NCBI RefSeq assembly: GCF_001186125.1
Contig: NW_014040484.1
Location: 106,314-147,454 of the forward strand
DNA: 41,141 nucleotides
Source of the DNA: Sphaeroforma arctica JP610
Taxonomy: Eukaryota
Direction: 5' to 3'
Positions 31,500 through 41,141 of this stretch are shown in pieces; within the stretch, counting starts at the first letter, position 1; the number at the start of each line of letters is the position of its first letter. The position numbers and the translations under genes were made by a program. The notes under the pieces were generated by a model. It saw nothing but the letters and a program-made list of their open reading frames with translations. It searched no databases and was not told the origin of the DNA.

Positions 31500-32934
31500 C
31501 ACTATGTATTTTATATATGTAGCAATGTATCACTGTTTACTAACGTACATAGGCTTCAATTAAAGATCTCGGTTTCCGCCGTAAAACAAGGTAAGTCATG
31601 CCAGGTCTGTAAAAGAAATGTAACTTCAAATCGGCTGCCGACTACAACATGTACCACATGTGGGGTGTAGGGCCAAGAATCTAATGACCGTTCCCAAGTG
31701 CAGCAATGGCCGCCCAAGGTCAGTATAGTGGCCACTTCAGAAATGGGCGATATATTTGTTTAAAAATAATGCAGTTTTAGCTGCCTTTCAACAGGACTTT
31801 AGTCCGTTGTGGTATTTATAAATATTTTTATTCTCTAGAGGGTCATGAACATATTTTTAACAATCACCACTGCGAAACCCGATTTGTCAATTTTTTCAAT
31901 TTGTGAATAGACTTTTCGATTTTTGTCTTGGAAAATAGCAACTGCACATTACCAGTGACTGTACGGCTATACCAAAACACTATTTTAGAAAAAAGTAAAA
32001 ATATTACAAAAAGTTGAAAAAGGGCCGACGTGTCTCGAAAGTTGCACTTTAGTTGTCGCAGGTGGGCCATAGGTGCATTTTTTTACGTAGTACTCAGGAC
32101 TATAGGTACCTAAATACAACATAGCCCTTTTTTTAAACTATACAAAAATTAAAGTTGAAAAAGGGCCGACGTGCCTCGAAAGCCGCATTTTCAATTTTTA
32201 CACCAACTACATACTCAGGACTATAGGTATTTACATAAATTTAAACAACAATACATAAACCTGTGTATATTGCAAAATGAAATGTTTTTGTTTCTGTTTG
32301 TTTTTAAAAACAAAAACAATAAAAACGAGAACAATGACTTTCAAAAACCTAAAAAGCTACAATTGTGTGTTTTTGTTTTCTATTGGAAAGAAAAAGCAAG
32401 GGAAAAATTGAATTTTATGTATTTAGAGTGAAAAGTGAAACTAGATGATCTGAATATTTTTATAATCTGCAGTTCTGCACATCTTACTTTTTATTTTGTA
32501 CTGAAACCGAGCAAGTCTCGTTGTGACGTCAACGGTATGACTCCAGGAGTCGTTGTCCTTATTTAGTGCTGGTAGTCCTTTTATAAAAATAAAAAAGCAA
32601 AAGTAAGATTCATCATTCATCGATAGAATAGTCATCTACAGATTTTATCGAAGATATGTTTCTTAAAAAAAGATATAAAAAGACTAAGTTTTGTGTCTCT
32701 CTGCTCTTGAGTGGAAGTCGTAACTCGTTTGCAGTCACTATCACTGTATCACATTTGATGCAAGACTGCAAATCGGCAGATTTTAGTAGCAACAAATTTT
32801 GTTAGAAATTCACATTTATTGTTATTTTTAGAATATATATAGCTTCGATTTATACGGAGCACAAGACACAGTCTTTTACACAAAACTGAATACAGTACAA
32901 GTTTCTGTATCCCGTATATTCTATTCTACCAAAG

Positions 32935-35900
32935 ATGCAAAACGCACTGAAGAGTGTCTTTGCGTCCCTGTTGGTGATTTCACTGACTGGGGTGACACTC
33001 GCTCAAGAAGTGGACGGGTGTCTCGATGAGAATGCCTGTTTTGGTGGAGAATGCACTGCCACAGATTTGGCAACAGGTGCTTTCGAATGCGAATGCCCAG
33101 ATGGGTTTTCGCCGTTAACAAATTGCGAGACTAGTATTTGCGAAACTAATGCCGATTGTACCGAAACGCAGGATTGCATAGATGATGTGTGCATATTTCA
33201 GGAAGATCCCTGTGCGGACTGTACCGAAACACAGGATTGCGTAGATGATGTGTGCGTAGATCAGGAAGAACCAGAAGTTGAAGATCAGGAACAGCCAGAA
33301 GTTGAAGATCCATGTGCGGACTGTACTGAAACTCAGGATTGCGTAGATGGTATGTGCGTAGAAAAGGAAGAACCAGAAGTTGAAGATCAGGAACAGCCAG
33401 AAGTTGAAGATCCATGTGCGGACTGTACCGAAACTCAGGATTGCGTAGATGATGTGTGCGTAGATCAGGAAGAACCAGAAGTTGAAGATCAGGAACAGCC
33501 AGAAGTTGAAGATCCATGTGCTGACTGTACCGAACCTCAGGATTGCGTAAGTGGTGTGTGCGTAGATCAGGAAGAACCAGAAGTTGAAGATCAGGAACAG
33601 CCAGAAGTTGAAGATCCATGCGCGGACTGTACTGAAACTCAGGATTGCGTAGGTGGTGTGTGTGTAGAAAAGGAAGAACCAGAAGTTGAAGATCAGGAAC
33701 AGCCAGAAGTTGAAGATCCATGTGCGGACTGTACCGAAACTCAGGATTGCGTAAGTGGTGTGTGCGTAGATCAGGTAGAACCAGAAGTTGAAGATCAGGA
33801 ACAGCCAGAAGTTGAAGATCCATGTGCGGACTGTACTGAAACTCAGAATTGCGTAGATGGTGTGTGCGTTGAAAAGGAGAACCAGAAGTTGAAGATCCAT
33901 GTGTGGACTGTACCGAAACTCAGGATTGCGTAAGTGGGGTGTGCTGTGNNNNNNNNNNNNNNNNNNNNTGCGGACTGTACTGAAACTCAGAATTGCGTAG
34001 ATGGTGTGTGCGTTGAAAAGGAAGAACCAGAAGTTGAAGATCCATGTGTGGACTGTACCGAAACTCAGGATTGCGTAAGTGGTGTGTGCGTTGATCAGGA
34101 AGAACCAGAAGTTGAAGATCAGGAACAGCCAGAAGTTGAAGATCCATGTGCGGACTGTACTGAAACTCAGGATTGCGTAGATGGTATGTGCGTAGATCAT
34201 GAAGAACCTGAAGTTGAAGATCAGGAACAGCCAGAAGTTGAAGATCCCTGTTCAAACTGCACCGATACTCAGGAGTGCGTAGACAATGTATGCGTTGACC
34301 AGGAAGAGCCAGAAGTTGAAGACCCCTGTGCAAACTGTACCGAGACTGAGCAGTGCGTAGATGAGGCATGCGTAGATTTGGATCCGTGTGCTAATTGCAC
34401 TGCACAAGAGATCTGTGTTGAAGGAGTATGTAGCACACCCATTTGTGATGGTGACTCTGACTGTCAAAATGGCGGAACCTGTGATGTCGTTAATGGTACC
34501 TGTTCCTGTGCCACCGGTTTTGAGGGCGACAACTGTGAAACCCCGATTGCATCTTCTTGTGCCTGTACTGCAGAGGAGATCTGTGTGCTGGGACAGTGCG
34601 TGGCTCGTAACTGTGCTACCGACGCCGATTGTCAAAATAACGGAACATGTGTTGCTGATACTGGAAATTGCACCTGCGTTTCAGGCTTCGAAGGTCCTAC
34701 GTGCAGTATCGCAATCGACCAATGCCTTGGAATCTGCACTGAAAATCAAGAGTGCATCAACGGTGCCTGTGTAGAAAAAAAACCGGAGAAAATCACCTGC
34801 GGTGTTGCTACCGAAGAATTGGTAGTCAAATGTAAAGTCGACCAAACAGTTGAGACAGGTGTTGAATGCTGTCGATCTGATGATAGCAAGTGCGAAGGCC
34901 TCCCTATGTGTAAGTCAGAACTATGCTGCAAAGACCCAGCACCACCCAGCGCTGCTCCCACAGTATCCCCAATGCCGTCACCTCAGCCTCAGGATATCAC
35001 ATGCGGAGAGAAGTACAAGGAAGGTGGTCTAAGATGTGATAATCTTAGTGTTGAATCTGTAGAGACAGGTAAAAAGTGTTGCCGAGAGTACGGCAAATGT
35101 GGTAGTCTGTCTCACTGTTCAAATGATTTCTGCTGCAAAGTTAAGCCCAGTCCCAAGCCAAGTCCCTCTGCACCACCAAAATGTGAGGGAGCTGATGATC
35201 GAGGTAAATGTCCAGAGCCTGTAGATCACCACGTCTCGTGCATAACAGGAGTGTATGAAGGTCACGTGAAATGCAAAACAAGCGAGTCCGTTTTGTATCA
35301 AGAATCATGCTGTCGTTTCGCAGGTAAGTGTGGAAGTTTGAAGACTTGCACTTCAGGCAACTGCTGTACAACGGACGCCACGCCCCTACCATCGCCATCG
35401 AAGAAGCCACAAGCACCTAGTTACAAGATTAAGTGTGAGAATAAGTATGGCCTCGAGTGTTATGAGGGATACGACAAGAAGGATGACACTCAGTGCTGCA
35501 AATACAGGGGTGTATGCGGAAGCACGCCATACTGTAACAAGAAGCAATGTTGTCAACTCAAACCTGACGAGATCGCCAAGCCTGTACTTCCCGTAGATAC
35601 CGTAGGTGCCTGCTGGTGTGACGGCGTAGTTCTGAACAACAGGTGTTACCCTACTCTCGAGTCTGCGATTGCGCGAGCAGTGAATGATGATGTAATCTAC
35701 ATTGCCAATAATGTCACAGTTGAGAACCCCATTGATTTCGATACGGATTTAGTGTTTGCTGGTGTCACTTGTGAAAAGGACAGAGAGATGCGCGCCCATA
35801 TCGTTGCTGATTTTGACTCTGACACCGCGGCCATACTGCATGCCAGCAACAAGGAGGAACAGCATGTGAGTATCCAGTACTTGGGTGTCACTGCCAAGGA

Positions 35901-36917
35901 CGGTAAATCTGCCGCCTTTTTCCACGGACTAGGAGAAGAGGAGAACGCAGGAGACCAGAAGTTGAGTCTCGAGTTGACCAACGTGGTCGTTTTCAATATG
36001 CACTCAACACGTCCGGGCGTGGGTGTGTGGATGGGTCAATCCGCCGGTCTGATTGTCGATCCCGACTGCGTGTTCATCAACCTCACTATGAGTAGCAATG
36101 ACGACGATAGATATGCAGGAGGAGCTGCAATCGCGGTCAAATACTTGCCATCAAAGGCTAGTATAGTGATTGGTGGTACATTCGCTAACAACTCGGCGTT
36201 TTACCGCGAAGGTTCTAAACACAGTGGTGGCGGTGCCATCTGGATGGATTGGATAGAGGGTAGCACCATCTTCACAGCTCAGTTCCTGAACAACAGCGCC
36301 AATCAGGTATGTACTGTACAATAGTTCGTTCTTCGGTGTGGTCACAGTCGTATACATCCAAAGGTTCAAAACTTGTACTTTCAAATCAAAAATTTCATTT
36401 TTCTTTCTTCAAAATACTAACATGTTTTACATACGTCTCGTTTATTCAGGGTGGTGCTGTGATGGTCCAGGAAGTGCTCGGTAACATGATTGTTGACGGA
36501 CTGTTCCAGGACAATCGTGCAATCGATGATGGTTACGGCTCACGAGCCGGAGCATTCCGCTTGTGGAAACTGAGAGAGGGTTCGCAGGTTTTGATCAACG
36601 GCACCTTCATTGACAATATCGCTCAAGGTCGTGGTGGTGTTGTTGCCACCAACATACACGAGGAGGATTCTGTTCTCATATTCGACGGTATATTCCAGAG
36701 CAACGTCGCCACTGATGTTGGTGGAGTTTGGAGTCGATGGTCCAATGACGCTTTCGAAGGCAGAGTTATTCTTGACGGTGAGTGTACTTTCGAGGGCAAC
36801 CGCGCGTTTAGTGACTTCGATCAGTCGGATATCTACAGCATCTCTGGCACCAGAAGGGACAAGTATTCCGAGAAAGAATGGGAAACACGTGATAGTCGTA
36901 CACTATACATAGATTAA
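32935..36917 (+). CDS. Large secreted Cys-rich protein: signal peptide, EGF-like domains, acidic 34-aa repeats, four hevein-like 8-Cys modules and a C-terminal Pmp-like (GGAI/FxxN) beta-helix
   Basis: Exon 1 is 32935-36306, interrupted by a 1-nt deletion near 33879 and the gap at 33949-33968, both likely assembly errors. The GT-AG intron is 36307-36449 and exon 2 is 36450-36917. Signal peptide MQNALKSVFASLLVISLTGVTLA. EGF motifs CECPDGF, CQNGGTC..CSCATGFEGDNC and CTCVSGFEGPTC. Beta-helix motifs FANNSA..GGGAIW, FLNNSANQ|GGAV, FIDNIAQGRGGV and FQSNVATDVGGV. No C-terminal TM segment or GPI tail. Confidence 0.88.
33205..34400 (+). repeat. Coding tandem repeat, 102-bp (34-aa) unit DPCADCTETQDCVDGVCVDQEEPEVEDQEQPEVE, with some shorter 78-bp units
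   Basis: Units start at 33205, 33307, 33409, 33511 and so on, and are nearly identical at the DNA level. Confidence 0.95.
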
Positions 36918-37372
36918 GCGCGCCTGTCAAGGTATTTTGAGGGTACAAACTTGTACCAAAGAGTGACCCTAGGTTGTATTAGTAGGGGAAAACCAATTAA
37001 CATCCGACACAGTATCGGCGAATGCATGCCGAATTGCAACGTCAATAGATAAAAATCATTAAAAAATACAAATTGATAGACATGACAGTCGTTGCTGTGT
37101 GCGTATTGATTAAGGTGGGAATACTTGGATCCCTTCGTTCATGTTAATTTGTGTATGCTTTTGCATTGAACAGCCTTGAAACATCATATTCATAAATTAA
37201 CTATTGCTTACAATGTGTATTTATCAGCAACTCAGCGTGTAGCGCAAACGAGAAATATATTGGCAAATTTTTATAGCTTTTGTTTGGAAAGGTAGTGCAT
37301 TTGTTCATGAAGTTATACATTCCGCTACTAAATGAGAGTAACAACAACTTCGAACATCGTCAGAGCTCGTAG

Positions 37373-38370
37373 CCCTATGTCGTCCTTGAGAGTCTGATTA
37401 GCATATGATGTTGTTCAAGTGTTCGACTATATGATTGTCACATATATTGCCCTATCCCGTCCTTGGGGAGTCTGATTAGCATATAATTGTTGTTCAAGTG
37501 CTCGAGTATATTATTATGACATATATATGCCCTATCCTGTCCTTGGAAGCTTGATTAGCATATGATAGTTTAAGTGATCGTATATATTATAATGACATAT
37601 CTAAGCCATATCCCGTCCTTGGGAGTTTGATTAGCATATGACTGTTTAAGTGCTCGTCTGTATTATCACGACATATCTAAGCCATACATATATATATGCC
37701 CTATCCCGTCATTGGGAGTTTGATTAGCATATGATTGTTTATGTGCCCTTTTATATTATCATGACATATCTAAGCCATATCCCGTCCTTGGGAGTTTGAT
37801 TAGCATGTGATTGTTTAAGTGCTCGTCTATATTATCCCGACATATCTTCCGTCCTTGGGAGTTTGATTAGCATAGGATTATTTAAGTGCTCGCCTATATT
37901 ATCATGACATATATATGCCCTATCCCGTCCTTGGGAGTTGGAGTAGCATATGATTGCTTACGTGCTCGTCTATATTATCACNNNNNNNNNNNNNNNNNNN
38001 NNNNNNNNNNNNNNNNNNNNNNNNNNNNNNNNNNNNNNNNNNNNNNNNNNNNNNNNNNNNNNNNNNNNNNNNNNNNNNNNNNNNNCGGGAGTTGGATTAG
38101 CATATGATTGTTTAAGTGCTCTTCTATATTATCCTGACATATCTCCCGTCCCTGAGAGTTGGATTCGCATATGATTGCTTAAGTGCTCGTCTATATTATC
38201 ATGACATATATATGCCCTATCCCGTCCTTGGGAGTTGGATTAGCATATGATTGTTTAAGTGCTCGTCTATATATTATCATGACATATCTCCCGTCCTTGG
38301 GAGTCTGATTAGCGTATGATTTTATTTAAGTGCGCGTCTATATTATCATGACAAATCTTGGGAGTGTGAT
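37373..38370. repeat. Minisatellite, ~67-93-bp units (typically ~77 bp), about 13 copies, spanning the gap at 37982-38085
   Basis: Recurring CCCTATCCCGTCCTTGGGAGTTTGATTAGCATATGATTGTTTAAGTGCTCGTCTATATTATCATGACATAT core. Confidence 0.93.
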
Positions 38371-38437
38371 GTAGCCGTGTCAACATGCAGAGCGCAAGGC
38401 GGCTGATGCTCGAAGACTCCTTTTGCGGAGATAGCAG

Positions 38438-40638
38438 TTATTTGCGCGGGCATTGCGGCGGGTATTGGATATACTTGTCCTTCTGCGAGAAATACGAGTG
38501 GATGATAACCTTTGAGAAATGTGCTTCTATTGCAAGGTGTATGTAGAGATGATTAGTACATAACTGCGTACCCATATCTATAGTTGATATACATGATCGG
38601 AAGCGTTTTTGTTTTAATATTTCGAAAAACGTCGGTCGGGTGCACATACGATCCATCCCTCATCCAAACACACAGACGCTATAATCTGCAGCCAGCCATT
38701 GCCAAGAAACTATCATATACAATGCACACTCCCCACTTAACTTTACGTAGTACACAACTCCCTTCCTTCCCAAAAATCGCGTACAGCACACCAGGACTGA
38801 ACATAAGTAAACCCTTACCTGAGCTGCCTGTATCCGCTGGCATGAACATGGGCGACCCTACCACCTCTTCATGGTGATGAGAGTTCCGGAAGGAATTTGA
38901 CCTCGCTCTCCTTTTCCTGGCTCCACCCGCCCCGACCCCCACTCCCACGGCAGGTGTTTGTATTCCAGATTGCATCGAGCCACCGGCACTCGTATCCTTA
39001 TTTGCACCTGTGTGTGTGCTTGTATTTGTATTACTATCGAGATTCTTATTTATATTGGTGTTGCGCGTGTTCCGACTCACGACGGGCTCTCGCGCGGGTA
39101 AGGTGGTCACCACCTGCCCAGTGGTAGCTGAGATGGTGTCCTTTAGCAGTATCCGTACCAGCACATCGTCTACCACGGACTTCATTTGAAATTCTGCCGT
39201 CGTTAGCGGCAGGTGTAGTTGTTCCTTTAGTATATTCATTTTGCACAAATACATCGCGCGTTCAGTAGGTTGGTAGTGGTTATTTGCCATCACAATAAGT
39301 CGAGGCTGATAGTATACAGAAGTAACGATTGAATTGTAACGTGTTTTAACAAGCGGGTCTTCGTGAGGTTCGTATGGACAACTATCAGCGCAAATATTTT
39401 GGGGGATATTTTAAATAAAACGATACGAAATGTATATATTTCTGCCTGTATGATCATATAGTTCACAAGTGCGTACACAAGGGCCGCGAGTGCGCTACAG
39501 CATACGAATACACCGGATCTCAATTTGTGCATGGCAAGCACTATCACATATGTCAAACCGGTCTGTACATCACTCAAAACCTGATTTTAACTATCAAGTT
39601 TGTCATACCTTCCTATCACAGTAGAAGTAGGCGCTGAAGACCGCTTTTTCCAGGCGATCCCGATCACTTATGCTGACCGCCGAGTCCATGTCTAAACTGC
39701 TCACACGGAGACTACGCCGAAAGAAAGCAGCCGTGTCTGTTAATGGTTCATCTGATAGACATACACAGTCAAGCCAGATCCACATACAGGTGCTACGTTG
39801 TATGGTCGTCCCAGCCAAGTATACGCGAGGAACCGTATAGGTGATACAACACAGATGCAGACTGGCCATCGCGATTGCTCGGCAGAGAGCACAATTAATA
39901 CAGCGGCGTGCCGAGCGCCCGTCTAGGGTACCCATCCGATTGCTATAGACGTGCTCAATGTGTGTATACAATGCCAGCATCTTCCGATATCTTATTCAGA
40001 ACGTGTGACTGCAGATCACATGTATAGGGGTACGTGTGACAAACAACGGTATTGTGGCGTATCTGGACTAAAAGCGTGGGCAAGGAGTGGGATACATTGT
40101 GAAGTATATTGATCTATATATGTACGCCTGCCAGCCTGTAATAGTATATTGTTGCATATGAGAATAATGAGGCGTAGCTTCACAGCGGGATTTATGGTTG
40201 GCAAGTGTGGCATAAATAGTGAAATAGCATATTGTTGCGTATGATAATAGTGAGGCGTAGCTTCACAACGTGCACATTTTCAATTTATGATTGACAAGTA
40301 TGGCATATATGAGTATAGTCATAAATGAGTGATAACGGATAGACCGAATTTTTTTTGGAGCACTCATGAACAGTGCAGATTCTAAGTATTATTGCTAGAA
40401 GTACCTCTGATCCGCGGCAAATTTGGCAGGATCGTTGTCGAGTATTGCAACTTGATCCGCCAGGAAGTTCAATTCCTGTTCTGTTGGCATCCCGAAGACT
40501 TCCTGGTTGCCGAATCTAAAAGGAAAGGACCGTGAATTAAACCCAGCGATGAGTGTGCTATAAAGACGTACGCATAGGAAATGCAACTTGAGTTTACAAG
40601 CAGAATGGATGAACACAAAGCCGAAAATGGTACGCATA
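38438..40638 (-). CDS. Spliced gene of unknown function with HET-domain-like motifs (5' and 3' ends uncertain)
   Basis: Phase-consistent GT-AG exons 40572-40638, 40405-40515, 39609-39942 and 38819-39305 give ..SSCISYA|FGNQEVFGMPTEQELNFL..DQ|SNRMG..CMWIWLDCVCLSDE..LEKAVFSAYFYCDRK|PRLIVMANNHYQPTERAMYLCKM.. A low-complexity tail follows, containing an RKRR basic patch. The terminal exon(s) near 38400-38750 are unresolved. Confidence 0.6.
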
Positions 40639-41024
40639 CTGCTAAACTGAATTTGGGACGTCGTCAGACGCTTCTCAACTGCGAATACCACAGGGAAAAC
40701 GGCAGACAATTGCTGAGTGGTCAATACGAATCCATACAACATGATTTTGATCAGATGTAGAAAATCCTAAAGTTCCCGTTTAGCATTATTTCAAATCCAA
40801 AGTGGCAGCTATAACATTAAACATTCGAAGGTTTGTATTTGATTGTTCACAAAATATCACAGACGTTTGCCACATACATACAGCAACGTAAAATAGTGGT
40901 ATTGTCGACACACGGTGTACAATCATCTATCTGAAAGAAATGAGCTAAAACACAGAAAACGACCAAGGTAATAAAGACAAATGAAAAACATATGTCTGCA
41001 AATAATACACAATATGTATATTTG

Positions 41025-41037
41025 TATATATCTATAA

Positions 41038-41088
<51 letters not shown>

Positions 41089-41141
41089 ATATATATATAT
41101 ATATAATAAATAAATAATAATATATATAATAATAATAATAA
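41025..41141. repeat. (TA)n/(TAA)n simple repeat at the window end
   Basis: Read directly from the sequence. Confidence 0.9.

Noticed and set aside
32010..32230. Imperfect ~140-bp direct duplication (AAAGTTGAAAAAGGGCCGACGTG..TACTCAGGACTATAGGTA)
   Set aside because: Real, but looks like an ordinary local duplication with no LTR hallmarks.
33115..34369. Minus-strand repetitive ORFs (361, 225 and 149 aa)
   Set aside because: Antisense shadows of the plus-strand coding repeat.
37373..38370. CRISPR-like repeat-spacer array
   Set aside because: The whole unit is repeated and the variation is indel drift, not unique spacers.

Overview
Eukaryotic, intron-rich (GT-AG) draft genomic DNA with four N-gaps. 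The gene style suggests a unicellular opisthokont or holozoan, but this is inference only. From left to right: (1) a 5'-truncated MFS sugar-phosphate transporter gene of the SLC37/OPA type (+); (2) mitochondrial trifunctional enzyme alpha subunit HADHA (-); (3) a divergently transcribed WD40 gene of the FBXW7/beta-TrCP type, with its F-box probably lying in a gap (+); (4) an atypical tRNA-Gly(TCC) with an A1:G72 mismatch (-); (5) about 8 kb of AT-rich decayed DNA full of micro-duplications, holding a 23-bp tandem array and a Tc1/IS630-type transposase relic fused to a 37-bp palindrome; (6) a ~1280-aa secreted protein built from EGF-like domains, a 34-aa acidic Cys repeat array, four hevein-like 8-Cys modules and a Pmp-like GGAI/FxxN beta-helix (+); (7) a ~77-bp minisatellite; (8) a spliced minus-strand gene whose reconstructed exons show HET (heterokaryon incompatibility)-domain-like motifs. 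All exon structures were reconstructed by eye and no database searches were run.
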